A DNA stretch of 64,000 nt. Origin: Hormiphora californensis. Its lineage: Eukaryota; Animalia; Ctenophora. Each line of letters begins with the position of its first letter. Within the stretch, counting starts at the first letter, position 1. The position numbers were made by a program, and so were the translations under genes. The stretch covers positions 5,704,001-5,768,000 of the forward strand of contig CM035359.1 in the NCBI GenBank assembly GCA_020137815.1, in the 5' to 3' direction. Shown here piece by piece: positions 32,101 to 60,003 of the stretch. The notes under the pieces are model-generated. The model saw nothing but the letters and a program-made list of their open reading frames with translations, ran no database searches and was not told the origin of the DNA.

Positions 32101-33767
32101 AATGAGGTACATTTCTTTGAAAAAACCTACATACTGAGAAATTATATCACGTGTTTCGAGAAAAAAACAGTTATCGGTAGATAACATTTGAAAGTTTCTA
32201 ATTCAGCGCCGCCGTTACAGTTACTGACCCCGATGTAAAAACTTTCAAATTTTTCCAATCTTTCTATAATTTCTAACGTTAGGTTGTCGGCATATGAAAA
32301 AGGACATGTTTTGATAAACCGATGACCTTATGTTAATCCAGCCGTAATTTTGGGCGTTATCTATTATTCAGAAATTATGATGTTTATAATCCCGACTCAG
32401 ATTTTCCAACTTTCTCTCTCTTTCAAACTCGTGACATTAATTTGTCCTACACACCGGCACCAAAACAACTAGTCCGTCATACTACCCCCTCCCTCCCACG
32501 TCCCCCATTAATTTTCAACAGTCAGTTGTCCATTTAGTGCCTGGTGTCACATCGCACTTTTCAAATTATCAAATTTAGGGCGTGTATTCACGTCTGTCTA
32601 AACGAGGTGTCATGTTGTGATTTGTTGAGTAACCGACCCTCAACAAATTGTGATGGGATCACGGGATCAGAGACGGGGCTTGGTTTCAATGTTTATTAAT
32701 CTATTCGTGCCTTTTTCCGTGTGCCCCAAAATCCTAGCAGTGAAAAGACCTACTTTACCCTAAAATTGTTAGATTTGGCTTCCCAGTATTATAAAGGTAA
32801 AACACCCCAATAGATTATAGACATTCCTAATTTCACATGGTGATATACCTGCGTTTTCATTGATACCAAGGTATACCGAGGTATAACGAGGATGACAGTG
32901 GGTAACGATGAGGAACCGGCCGAATCAGGAAATACTGGTCCCTGATTGTTTCGGTCGGTTCCTGGGGTAACGATCTTGTCTTGCTCGACCCTCACACACA
33001 CACACACGCCCCGGGAAAACAGAGAAAATATTATAAAGGAGGGTAATTACTCACGTTGGCTAAAGTTGACCGGGTTATTTGTTGAATTTCCACTGTTGTA
33101 GCTCGGATAAACATTGTACATGGGACGTCCATTTCCCAGCCCGGAACCCAGGGAACTGAGAGCACTAAATCCAGCAGCTCCTAGCGCCGTGGGCGGAGGT
33201 AGGTCCAAGACGGGGACCCGGTCCAAAGTTGGGGGCCCCAAGGGTCGTTTGTTCTGATGAGGGGCTGGTGACTTGTTTCCCCGTTCCATAAAGCAGGCTT
33301 TCGATTGAGAACGGATTACTTTTCTTCTTTTCTTGATTCTGAAACAATACAAGGTACCTACATATAATGGGTTCAGGGTTCGGGAAATTTGAAGTTACCC
33401 ATTGGGTGCTACACTAATATTATGGTACATATATAGAATAGCGACTGGCTATTTGAAATGGCGGCTAACACCCCCTCTACAGGCCAGCAGGTAAACCAGT
33501 TTTGAATTTTAGACATCAGTGGGCTTGACATGAGTTCTGACTAGCCCACGGATGTCTAAAAATCCAAATCTGGTGCACTTGCTGGCCTGTAGATGAGGTG
33601 TTTCAAATTAGCCGCCATTTCAAATAGCCAGTCGCTACCCTACTAAAAACTCTCTCTAAAAGCCAAACATTTGCTCTATAAATTATGAGGTGCTGGTATG
33701 TTAAAAGCGTAGCAGATTTAAACTATTTCCCCGCAATTTAAAACACATGACTCACCGTTAGCATCAT
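29184..33767 (-). CDS. Bsx: ANTP-class NK-like homeobox gene, brain-specific homeobox (Bsx/Bsh)
   Basis: Exons (-): 33756-33767 (MMLT), 33055-33338 (eh1 motif FSIESLL; one extra base near 33212), 31547-31758 ([45 protein letters not shown]), 30494-30601 ([15 protein letters not shown]), 29184-29357 (stop). RRRKARTVF and [16 protein letters not shown] are Bsx hallmarks. Confidence 0.9.
31373..31418. mobile_element. 46-bp micro-MITE, TTGGT...ACCAA termini, 9-bp TSD
   Basis: TTGGTGACATAGACACCTG-GCGCGCTG-CAGGTGTCTATGTCACCAA flanked by GTCAACACC on both sides; same TIR as 36197-36867. Confidence 0.85.
31801..32004. repeat. ~200-bp hairpin/MITE in a Bsx intron
   Basis: ~90-bp arms (cattcattttc..ttagcgattttgcctggactggctt..gggccctgacgacttcacc..cgtaccagga) with a ~22-bp spacer. 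Confidence 0.8.
33433..33642. mobile_element. ~200-bp TA-flanked MITE in Bsx intron 1
   Basis: tagcgactggctatttgaaatggcggctaa mirrored by ttagccgccatttcaaatagccagtcgcta; internal arms also pair. Confidence 0.75.
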
Positions 33768-33981
33768 ATTGAAGGCTGAATTTGTAGAAATCTGCAACTC
33801 TGCGAATGATCGGCTAAAAGGAACAAAACGAGGGTTTAATGCTCGGCTAAAAGGAACAAAACGAGGGTTTAATGGTCGGTTGATTCTTGATGGGCAGCAA
33901 CACAAAGTCAGTTATAGATGTTGTGTGAAAATGGAGGAAGTTAGTGATGGGGACAGAGACAGAGACAGAGATACAGAGAGG

Positions 33982-34093
<112 letters not shown>

Positions 34094-34982
34094 GGAAACT
34101 GTAGTAAAGAAAATGGAGGGACATCATATAAGCAAAGTAGTTGCAAACAGTTTGACCAATGCAGGGAGAGTTGAAGAGAAAATAAGAATGTCAGAGAGGG
34201 CTATTGAGCACTATTAAAGGGTCCCTTAATATGTCTCAAGAGTTAAGGGGAGAGAGAGATTCATAATGAGAGACAAGGAGAGAGAGCGAGAGAGGTAGAT
34301 GGTGAAAGATTTGCAACGCTTCTCGTTTCTGTTAGCCAAGTACGATTGACAAGTGTCGGGTGGAGTAGCATATGGAGTATTGGGGAGGAAAGGGAAAAGT
34401 CTGAGTTAGATTCACTCCTGCCGAGGGTAGGAGAGAGTATCACGTGCTCTTCAAAACTGCATCACGTGACCGGTGGCACGTGCAACTCTGCGCGTCACTG
34501 CGTCGGTGAAAAAAACTGTTTTTTAGCTCTCTTATATATGCTGTTATTGCACTATTTTCCTCTAATTTCTCAATGTCTCTCTCCCTTCCTCTCCCTCCCT
34601 CCCCCGTTCACTCTCCCTCCCCCGTACTAAATGGAAAGCTCCGTATGTCTGATGCCGGGGTGTCGAACAAGGCGAGGGTTACAAAACAAAGCGTACAGAC
34701 TACTTTTCAAATCGCGACGTCACCAAACGTGTGAAGTCAATACATAGTAATTAAGACGCTTCTGGTTCTCTTTGAATTGAGAAACTTCCATCTTAATTCT
34801 CTTCGTCCCACTAAAACTGCGAATTGATGAAGAGACAGCTTGAAATGGGGGAATTACTATGCCGTATGCACTTTGAAACTAGACATATGAACATCTAGAA
34901 GGAGGAGGGGGACGGTACTGGACTGCTACTGTCGCAAATCGACAGCCATCGATAACGATGTCCGTTTCCCCCGCCCTATCTT

Positions 34983-35047
<65 letters not shown>

Positions 35048-35176
35048 TCTCTCCTCTCTCTCTCTCTTCCTCGTTCGTCTCTTCTCGTTCTCTCGTCGTC
35101 TCTCTCCGTCGTCTCTCCCTCTCTCCTCTCTCTCTTCATCCTCTCTCTCTCTCTCTTCTCATCTTCCTCTCTCCTC

Positions 35177-35212
<36 letters not shown>

Positions 35213-35794
35213 CTCCCTTCTGTCTACTTGGGTTATAATGATTTGGGTACCCATATATATTATATTGCAAGTACCCCTCAGTATTTGTATTAGTCTGCAT
35301 TAATGCCTGCTGCAGTCGACCAGGCATACCGGCTAGAAACACATAAAATTCCCGTCTCCCAAATAACGCCTTCTGATTGGCTCTCCCGCTGAGACCACGT
35401 GGCCGGGGAGGGCTGTGATTGGCTGGGTGGAGCCACTGATCGGTTCGTACCTGTTCACAACGTGGGATTAGTGGGCAATGGGCCGTGTAATAATGGTCAG
35501 CCATACCCCCCGATAGAAGGCACGAAGATAAAATGGCTAAATTATAATATTATTATTTTATTATTAATATAAAAATACGAGGACCCCATATTGCTAGTGC
35601 TAGTCGTTTGGTCATCTCCTATAACCAAAAACTTGACTACAAGCACCTATCACTGATAGTATCAGTTGGAAAAGACAATTAAATAAAATGGTATCTAATT
35701 TAATTTCAACTATCCAATGACTCCCACACCAAGCATGGGCCAAGAAGATAGAAGTTGGGAGGGAGATATTAAAATAAAAAACCATGGCGGAGGA

Positions 35795-35850
35795 TTGGTA
35801 ATGAAATTCCCCCTCTGCGCTAGCAATAATAGGGGTGACTTCGTAACCAA
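35795..35850. mobile_element. 56-bp micro-element, TTGGT...ACCAA termini, 9-bp TSD; second copy inverted at 45457-45522
   Basis: TSD GGCGGAGGA flanks 35795-35850; TSD GGTTGGGGG flanks 45457-45522; the internal sequences match. Confidence 0.8.
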
Positions 35851-36196
35851 GGCGGAGGACCGGACTAGAAAACACATGCATATTGCATAAATTGAGGAAC
35901 TCAGATATTCTTAGAAAAGAGCACGCTGCTTTTCCAAGAATCCCTGAGTTCTGTAAACCGTGGTTTTACTAGGTTCAAAATTGCTGTCAACCGCTGTTAT
36001 ACGTTAGTGGTCTCCCATTGTACTACAACTTGTAGCTCCTTTGCTGGTTGATTTTATGTAGTCTTTTAGTCCTGTTTGCGTAAATACGATCTATCGATAG
36101 AGCCTGATCCCCCTCTCTGGAAGTTATTTGTGACCACTGCCCAATTGAGCTATTATTCTGTCGAGAATATCCAGTCTGTCCAGGGACGGTCTGGGG

Positions 36197-36867
36197 TTGG
36201 TGACATAGACACCGTGCGCGACCAAGATTGAGCTCACACACAGGTGTCTGCTCCGCCTCAAAAAGGTTCGTTTCTTTCAAGGGATGTTGCACGCGATCCA
36301 CTGGACCGATTTGCATCCGGTTTGTCGCAAAAGACTACAAATGATACTAATATACTGGAAAATACCCGAGAAGTTTATCTGTCAACAAGAAGTGGGTCAA
36401 AATTGACACTGAAGTCAAACCTATAATCTGGCTTACGAGAGTTTCTGCACTACGCCCATGCGATTTAGAAGATATTGGGAGATATGTTGATGCAATTAGC
36501 ATCAGTTATTAATGCCGGGTATTTTCCAGTACTTATAAGAGTTCAACCTATATTCTGATACCCTCAGATTCATTCTACACCGTCTGGGAGTGGTGCAAAA
36601 AGGCTCGGAAGCCAGATCATCGATTTGACTTCAGTGTCAATTTTGACCCACTTCCTGTTGACAGAAAAACTTCTCGGGTATTTTCCAGTAAACTAGGACC
36701 AATTTGTAGTCTTTTGCGACAAACCGGATGCAAATCGGTCCAGTCGATCACGTGCAATTTGGCTTGAAAGACACGACCCTTTTTTAGGGGGCGGAGCGGA
36801 CACCTATGTGCGAGCTCGATCTCGGTCGCTGCGCGATCTCGCACGCACTAGGTGTCAATGTCACCAA
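36197..36867. mobile_element. 671-bp Mutator-like (9-bp TSD) MITE with long imperfect TIRs
   Basis: TTGGTGACATAGACACC...GGTGTCAATGTCACCAA, TSD GGTCTGGGG, ~220-bp imperfect arms. Confidence 0.85.
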
Positions 36868-37451
36868 GGTCTGGGGAATCTCTTCAGCCATTTACCAAGG
36901 AGAAATTTGAATGAGGCAGGTCGAGCCGCTCTGTATGCAAATGTATAGTACTTTGTAGCGACGACTTCAGAGGCTCAAAGTAACCTCAAAATGGTGAAAA
37001 AAATGTATGTTTCAACCCTGGAAACAAAAATGCTAAATTTGCCCGCAGTGCGGGCAAGCCCCGTAGGGGGATCGTAGGGGGATCGCCCTATACGGGCGCG
37101 CGAACAGTGCAGTGGGTACTGGGTCACCTGTGACCCAATCGTCTCAAAAGGGCTAAATCAAAGTCCCGTTGACTCATTAGTCTACGAGATCTGGAACCAT
37201 GCTAGACGTCTAGGGGGACATTTTTTGCCCAAATTGTTCAAATACTAACTGTCCGGGTTACCCGAGTTTCTAGATATCCTCCACAGTATGACAGCAACAA
37301 AATATCAGGTTGATCATAGGCCATAGAGATTCTCATGTGACACAATATATCCATCACAGATCTCGTACAAAATCTATCTGCTAACTGCGGCAGAGTTCCT
37401 GACCATTCATAGTTATTACTATTTAAACGAAACATTTTGTAACATGTAATA

Positions 37452-38333
37452 CCGTGTGCGGCAAAAAAAAGCCCCCCCCCCCCCTAGACCACCAAAGTTG
37501 CCGATGTGGTGGAGAGCTGTAACTTGGCAGGGTTGCTCCACTATGTCTATCTTGATCCTGACAGAAAAATCAGAGCTCTAGCTCAAAATTCATTTTCATG
37601 AACGGAATGAACTTCTCCGTTCCTTCGATATGAGACCCCCTCATCATTCAGAATTTTTTGCCCGTCTTTGGCTATCGATTAGCTTTCCAATGTGACCAAG
37701 ATCATCTAAATTGGACAACCACAAGAGACACAGTGTCATGTTTCTTAAAGTTAGTCAGGTCATGTGATCCTCACCGAATCGTTGAGTATTCAGTATTACG
37801 AATCAGTCTAAGTGGTAGAGAATCACGTATCACGGCTACTAATGAGGGATGACGATGCTGATTGGTCATGAGATCTGTAGCTCTGTGATAAATGTCCTCT
37901 TTCCTCGAATCACATTACCCTGTATTGGTACACATACCTCATTAGCGGCCGTGATACGAGATTCCTCTGCCCCTTGGCTCGATTAGCAATCCCGGATAAT
38001 CAACGATTCGGTGAGGATCACATGACCTGACTAACTTTAAGAAACATGACACTGTGTCTCTTGTGGTTGCCCAATTTAGATGATCTTGGTCACATTGGAA
38101 AGCTAATCGATAGCCAAAGATAATTGCTTGAATTCTGGACCGAAAATGTATTTTTCTTGGAATGAATGACAATGTTCATTCCTATCAAAAAAATGAAGTT
38201 TGAGCTAGAGCTCTGATTTTTCTGTCAGGATCAAGATAGACATAGTGGAGCAACCCTGCCAAGTTACAGCTCTCCACCACATCGGCAACTATGGTGGTCT
38301 AGGGGGGGGGGGCTTTTTTTTTGCCGCACACGG
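37452..38333. mobile_element. ~880-bp TA-flanked foldback MITE (Tc1/mariner-type TSD)
   Basis: TA-CCGTGTGCGGCAAAAAAA...TTTTTTGCCGCACACGG-TA; the arms pair over ~330 bp. Confidence 0.85.
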
Positions 38334-38599
38334 TATAACGTACAAAAAAAGATGTATGCATGTGTTAGTGTGGTACAAAATGGTACAAAATGGTATTGGT
38401 ACAAAATGGTACAAAAATGATACGTGTGCAATAAAACCATAGTACGATCATGGACCCCTCAATTTTCCATAATTCTCGATTTTGCACCAGACAGCTGATT
38501 TTTGAACTGTTCTCTCTATCTCTTTTCTCTCCCTACCACCCCTCTCTCTCGCCCTCAGTCTCACTCAATCTCTCTCGCTCTCAGTCTCACTCTATAATT

Positions 38600-40200
38600 T
38601 CCTCCCGATGGTTCCCTCCACTAAAGGGTATTTTTCCCGGGGGGTAAAGAAATTTTTGGGCTTGGGCCCTTCCCCCGACAAAAGGACACGGAAACATTTT
38701 GACACAAAAAAAAGTTTCCCCTTACTGGGGGAGAGAGAGATAGAGATAGAGAAAAGAGAGAGAGGGGAGGAGAGAGAGAGAAAAGAGAGAGAGAGAGAGG
38801 AGGGAAAAAGGGTAAAAAGTAAATAGTGTTGTCCCCCTCACCGCCTTGTCTTTATTTTCCCCATCCCATCAGATGCCCTAATTTTTTCCCCCATTTACCC
38901 CCCCCCCTTTAATGTTTGGGGAAACAGTTGGCCCTCTCCCCTCACTAAATTTCTCACCTTTCCCCGTCCCTTTTTTCATGGTTTTCTAAAAAAACAAAAT
39001 ACAATTTAAACCTACAAAAAAGTGATTTGTGACTAAGGGGGGGATGAACCCGAAAATGGCCGGGTTTTTTTCCCTCCAAATCCCTTGAATTCCCTTTTGA
39101 AGGGGAACTTGGGATTTCATCAACCTATTTTTTGGGAACCTTTGCAGTTTTCCCCCATAAAGAGAGGGGGGAAAGGAGATAGAGAGAGGAGGTAAACGGA
39201 GAGATATGGAAAGGGGAAAAAGAAGAGAAGAGAGAGAGAGAGAGATGAGTTTTGAATTTTTAAAAGGGGAGGTAGAGAGAGAGAGAAAAGAGAGAGAGAT
39301 AGAGAGGAAACGTTTAGAGGGAGGGAAAAAAGGTAAAAGGGCCCCAAAAAAACCCCTTTTTTTGGGGGCCCCCCCCCTTTCGTTGGGTTCCCCGGGGGGT
39401 TTTTTTTGTTTGGGGAAAAAAAAATTTTTTTTCCCCCCCCTTTTTTTTTTGGGGCCCCCCGGGTTTTCCCCCCCAAATTTTTTTTTTCCCTATTTTTTTT
39501 TGGGGGTTTTCTTTGGGAAATGTGGGAGAGATAGAGGGTTTTTTTCCCCATTAAACCTGTCTAGAATTTACTACCATCCTAAAATTCGGACTTTGAGGGG
39601 GGAATCACCCATCGTCCAGTTACGATCGGTCAAGTGGGGAGAAAGGGGAAGGGGGGGGTAGAAGGGGGGGAGGGGGAGGAAAAGGGGTAATATTGGGAAA
39701 AGAAGGGGGGGGGGTTAATTTTGGTTTCCGGGTATACATTTGCCAGGTGGTCCGCCCGAATGGGAAAAAACAAAACTAGGAAAATTAAAAGGGGGTATTA
39801 AGGGGAAAAAAATACCCCGGGGCTTTTAATTAAAGGCATAACAGGGTTTTACCCGTTTTGGGTCGGCCCCGGGGGAGGGGAGATGCTGGGGGGGGTTTTA
39901 AAACAAACCCCCTTTTTTAAAATTTTTAAAAGGGGGTTTTTGGGCTCGCGAAAAGGGCCGGAGGTCGAGCTAGGGCCTAGGCAAGTTCTTTTATAGGGAG
40001 TTTGGACTGGAAGTCCGGGGGGGAATTTTGGTTTGGTTGATATGAAGGGGTTTTTGGTTCGGGATTGGCCCCAAATTTATCGGTGCCCCAATTAGTTTTT
40101 TAAGGGAAAAAACGGGCAGCCGGATTTTTTTTTTGGCCTTGATAAGGCAACAACTAAAAAATGATAAAAATAGTAACACAAAAGATAAAATATATATATC
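38600..40200. other. Low-quality, homopolymer-inflated sequence (probable assembly artefact)
   Basis: Abrupt switch to dense G/C/A/T runs with no coding or repeat periodicity. Confidence 0.7.
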
Positions 40201-40863
40201 TGATGCCTCCCCACGACCGACTTTTACACAATATTACACTTTTTATTACATCTCATTCTCAATATATGTATCTAAAATCTCTTTCAAGTTTTAATTTCAC
40301 GATCTAGATACTATCTAATTGATAGCTATGTATAGTTGCATTAAACTTGTCTGGCGGCGCCTAACCAGTTAGTTTGACAGTATGCTCAGATCGGATCACC
40401 GCGACCAGACAGTATATTCATATTAATTATACACATACGATACATAAACAAACACAAAAACACAAAAATAAGCCTCCCAGGGCTCTTTTTATCTCATAAT
40501 ATTATCAATCACATACATTGTTTATTAAGTTTTGAGATTTACTTCAATGCCTTGGACAGCATTATAATGATAACACAATTATCTAGATATTATCTCTAAT
40601 TCACTATATCGCAATAATCAGTCCATTACTGATTAATTGATAAAAAATATAACATTTCATCCTTACTTCTTCTCCCTTTCAACCCCTCACATAACGCGTT
40701 TTATAAAAGCCTCATTATATCACATCTATAATAGTTCAACGTCCATATTACTTCATCTCAGCAATTGGAAATCATGTGTCCATATAATGATCATGTTTTA
40801 TCAGCATGGTTACCAGTGGTTACTAACCACTAGTAACCATGGTAACCACAATCTACTAATCAC

Positions 40864-55238
<14,375 letters not shown>

Positions 55239-56609
55239 CTGAAAAAGTGGGAGGCGTGAGAATTTATGGGAAAAGAGGGGGATTGTGGTGATTTATCCGG
55301 AGACGTAGAGAAAAAGGGGCAGGGGGATTGTATGCCGTAGGGATTAAGACTGCCATCCAGAAAGCTGGGGTGAGAACATTTGGACACGATTACTTCCGTG
55401 GAAAAAGCTCGAAGTCAACCATATAATAATATAATGATTGGGTCGTAAGCGGAGAAAGATATCAAAAATGATAGGTGTGTTCTTTCACCATCCCCCCTCC
55501 CCTGTCTCTGTCTGTGTTTATAGCAATTCCACGTGGCGGAGGGGGGTGCATGAGTTGAATATTACTGATTAAATTCTCACACATGCACACCATCATTATA
55601 TTGCACGCCGATATTATACCACCCTGTTTTTCATTGCAATTTCTCTCATTTTCTCTCCTTCTTTGTTTCCCTAGATCTCTCCATTCTTTTCTCTCTTTAT
55701 CTCTCTTTATCCTACTCTCTCTCTCGCTCCATCCGGTCCAATGTACCCTCTCTCCCACCCTGTGTGATATTGCTACAGTTTACCACAGAGCAATCCATTA
55801 CAGTTGACTCCCACCTTCCATTTCCTTCTTATTGGGACCTCTCTTTTGTATTTGGACGCCCAAAAATTATATTCTCAGCGGGCCCCGAGCCCCTTTTCCG
55901 TTTTTAAAGGAGCGGGAATAAAGCTAACTTTTCATTGCAGAAATCAAATTTCAAACGTAAATAATGATAGTGGTTTTGTGTTAGCCAATTCTATGGAAAA
56001 TAGAGAATAGAAAGTGAGTGCAAGAAAAGATAGAGAGAGGCATCACCTAACGGAAAGAGAATGAGAGATAGAGAAGTGAGCGTTACACACACAAACACAT
56101 GAATATAGCTGGAAACCGGAAATGGGTACAGGTGGGGTCAATTCATCTTTAATTCATGTTCATTATACTATCGCTACATCGACCTCTACCCTTCCTCCAG
56201 GTCCCTTAATAAAACTGTTTATCACCCTGCGTCTAACAATATAAAACAATGACTCTATACTATTGGTAAACAATTTAACACTCCACTAAGTAAACCATTT
56301 AACACTTTCCATCCTGCCAGATGGCCCTATATTGAAAACTTTCTGATACACAATGCTATTTCTGAATTCATTTTCAATCCAAGAAAATTACTGAATTATC
56401 TTTCCCAATCAGTACCGCATAACTTAAAATTAACAAATCTTCTTCATACGTTGTACAATGACGTCACGTGTGACGTGTCATGTTACACAAACAGTGCAGT
56501 CAGCCATCTGCTAATTGTGACTGCACTTGCACAAAGTTTGATGAGGGCTGTTCTGCTGAATATTCTAGAAGGTGAGAGGGTAGGTAGAACAAAGGAGAGA
56601 GAGATCAGA

Positions 56610-56687
<78 letters not shown>

Positions 56688-56749
56688 AGAGAGGGAGGAG
56701 CTGTTTGTTTGTTTGTTTATAGACGTCTTAGGAACCTGGGAGGGAGGAG

Positions 56750-57720
56750 CTGGGGAGTGGGCAAGAGAGAAGAGAGGGCGGAAAGTAGAGGGAGGGGTAG
56801 AGTGATGGTAATGGTCAAAAGACGAAAATGGGGAATTTTGGTTTTTAGAAATTGAGAGGGGGTAGGGGAAAAAGGAGAGAGAGGAATTAAAAAGAGGGAG
56901 GGGGAGTGGGGAAAGGGGAAAGAGAGGGGGAGGGGAAAATAGAGGGGGGGGTGGTTTTGGGGGGGGGTTGTAAAAAAAAATGGGAAAAAAAAAAAAATGG
57001 AAAAAACATTTAGCCGTTTAGAACGGAGAGGGAGGAGAAAAAAGGAGGAGAGAGAGACAGAAGGGAGGAGCGGGGAGTGGGAAAAAGAGAAGAAGGGGGC
57101 GGAAAGTAAGGGGGGGGGGGGGGAGGGGGTTAGAGGGATGGTATGTCAAAGACGAAATGGAAGACATTAGCCGTTCTAGAAGGTGAGCGGGTAGGGGACA
57201 AAGAGAGAAGAGAGCGATCAGAAGGGAGGGGGAAGTGATTTGTTGTTATGTTGTTAAGACGTAAATGGAAGACTTTAGCCGTTCTAGAACGGGAGAGGGT
57301 AGGGTAGAACCAAGGAGAATAGAGATCAGAAAAGGGATACTGGGGTGGCAAGATTAAAAGATTAGTCGAAATTAGGGAGTAGAGGGATGGTATGGTCAAA
57401 AAGACTAAAATGGAGGACATTTAACCGTCTAGAACTTGAGAGGTGGGGTAGAACCAGGAGAGAGAGATCGAGAGGGAGGATCTGGGGATTGGCAAGAATA
57501 GAGGGGCGTAAGTAGAGGGAGGGTAAGGGGATTGAAAGGTCAAAGAGAGAATCGAGACTTTAGCCGCTATGAAGGTGAGAGGAGAGTAAAAAAGAGAGAA
57601 GAAAAGAATCAAAGGGAGGAGCTGTTTGTTTGTTGATTGATAGACGGTCTTAGGAACCTGGGAGGGAGGAGGGGGGATGGGCAAGAGTGAAATAGGCGGA
57701 AAGCAGAGAAAGGGAGAGAT
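56750..57720. other. Degenerate purine-rich tandem repeat / low-quality sequence
   Basis: Recurrent ttagccgttctagaa..gagagggtagg and aagacgaaatggaagac units, progressively garbled by homopolymer runs. Confidence 0.6.
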
Positions 57721-57945
57721 GTGAAGTAAGTACGAAGATAAAACCGACGAAATCATGGGATTATGAACCAAGATCTTAACAGGTACATTCATTAACGAAG
57801 AATTATGAAGGTATTTCCACTTTGGAAGTGTCTTCCTTTCACTGGTATTGCACTGCGTGAAATAAGCCTACTATGTATACCCGTGTACACACACACACAC
57901 ACACACAAACTGTGCTTGTAGAAGTAGTAGAGAGAGGGAGAGAGA

Positions 57946-57989
<44 letters not shown>

Positions 57990-58129
57990 GCAAATATAAC
58001 ATTTCTGAAATCTTTTGGAGAGATGTGGCAATATAGTTTCCTGCTAGATGGTCAGTAGTTGCCCCAGTCATGCTCATCTGCTTAAACGAATAATTTGATT
58101 TTCAAAACTGGTCATCTGACCAACTCTCA

Positions 58130-58273
<144 letters not shown>

Positions 58274-58690
58274 GTCGAATGTTTAAACAGTTGTACATTG
58301 AGAATCTTCTCGATAGAGCCTAGTTTAGAACCTAATTCACCGCCATGTATACCTAAATAAATCTAGGGTCGAAAGACAAGAAGAATGCTTTTAAACAACA
58401 GCTGGGTGTGTCTCACCAAATTGACACCAAAATTTCAAACTCGGAGAATTTCAAAAAAAATTATATCATCTGAAAGCAGGTAAAGGACTGATCATTTCGG
58501 TATGTCGCGTCAGCTCTGTACAATGATAATATTCTTGATAAAGCAGGGTTTGGGGTCTGACTGTGCAGTGTGCACCGAGGTTGCGTGGTGTACAGTCAGT
58601 GTCTGACAAATAGATATCCTATGACATGGCCCCCATAGGCCATAATCCATATTCACCCCCATTCAAATTTAGAAACCAGAGGGGACAAAA

Positions 58691-59513
58691 GGGGGGGTTC
58701 CGGCCGGAATTTATGAGGATTTTTGAGGTCACCTCAAAAATCCTCATTTATTATTTGCTGGACAAGCCCTCAAAAATCCTCAAAAATCCTCAAAAATCCT
58801 CAAAAATGTTTCGTTCTATTTAAACATAAACACAGCAAATGCCTGATAAAAAACAATAATAGATTATATTTTAGAGGTATAAAATGCACTGATTATCAAT
58901 TCAAGTGCTCTTGCCTGTGCTCTTTGGCTTCCCACACTTGAAGCACTGCTTTCTTTTAGCAAAGTTATTAACTTCACATGCTTGACAAGACCCCGGTGCC
59001 CAGATTTTCAAAATTTTAGATAAATACGATTTTCAGTCAAATATGCTGCCAACTTTGTCCCAAAAATCAACGATTTTGCTTGCCTAGTAAGATAAATGTC
59101 TAGAAAATTTTTAGAAATCATTTATAAATAATTTATAAAATTTTCAAAAATTTAAAAAAAAAGTGTCCCCACCCGGGCCCGGTCGGGAATCGAACCCGGG
59201 CCTCACGCGTCAGAGTGGAGGCAGCACCCCATATTTACATTGACGATTTCGCCTCATTTTGAGGACTTTTGAGGATGTTTTTAGGACCATCACCAGGGTA
59301 TCTGGGAAAATTGTATAACTGTTTTACTCCTATTAAGGAATGTGTATGCCCAATAATATGCGTAATCGTCAAAATTTTAGTAAAAACTATAAAATAATTG
59401 TTGAGGATTATTGAGGATTATTGAGGATTTTTGAGGATTTTTGAGGGCCCTCATTAATTCGAAAAACGCTGGACAAGACCTCATCCTCATTAATTATTGG
59501 CCGGCACCCCCCC
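58691..59513. mobile_element. ~820-bp non-autonomous DNA transposon with 8-bp TSD and 10-bp subterminal repeats, carrying a tRNA-like fragment
   Basis: G7-TTCCGGCC...GGCCGGCA-C7 termini, TSD GGACAAAA; AAAAATCCTC repeats at the left and GAGGATTTTT at the right; B-box GGTTCGATTCCC on - at ~59181-59195. Confidence 0.75.
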
Positions 59514-60003
59514 GGACAAAAAGATTTAGCACGTTGGTAAGCAACAATGCTCTTTCATAAAATATTTTATGAACCCAAGGAAGTAATTAGTAAAGCTGTT
59601 TAGCAGTTTGTGGGGGGGGTGACAAAATCCGTTACTTGAAGCACATCCTACGGGTGTGCTCTCAGTGTATCATGCATTCGGATAGTGGCCTAATATAACG
59701 TGGCACCGGCCCACACACAAGTAGACCCTTTGGTGTATTAGACTAATAGTCTATGATCTATCAATCCTCACCGGGCCTTCAGGCTTCAGTCAGTCTTTTG
59801 TTTAAGGACAATTAAAATGAGATCAAATTATTTGATCGAAACAATTGTTTGGAAATGAAATAACCTTAAAGTCCAAGGGTCTTCATAGCATAAGACATTC
59901 ATTTTATGTTTTAAAACTTTTCATGGCTATGACATTACATTATCGTTGACAACTTGGGTTTAACCAGGGCAATACTTCTTGTTTACCTGCAGGTCCTTTA
60001 CTA

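Noticed and set aside
33190-33245. Programmed frameshifting or pseudogenisation of Bsx (also the Six 5' exon and the mucin)
   Set aside because: Single-base indels at homopolymers recur in five unrelated genes whose domains are otherwise intact; sequencing error is the simpler explanation.
38600-40200. G-quadruplex or novel low-complexity coding region (K/G/P/F-rich ORFs)
   Set aside because: The pattern is typical of low-quality base calls with inflated homopolymers.
59173-59230. Functional tRNA gene
   Set aside because: Only the T-arm side is recognisable; no complete cloverleaf.
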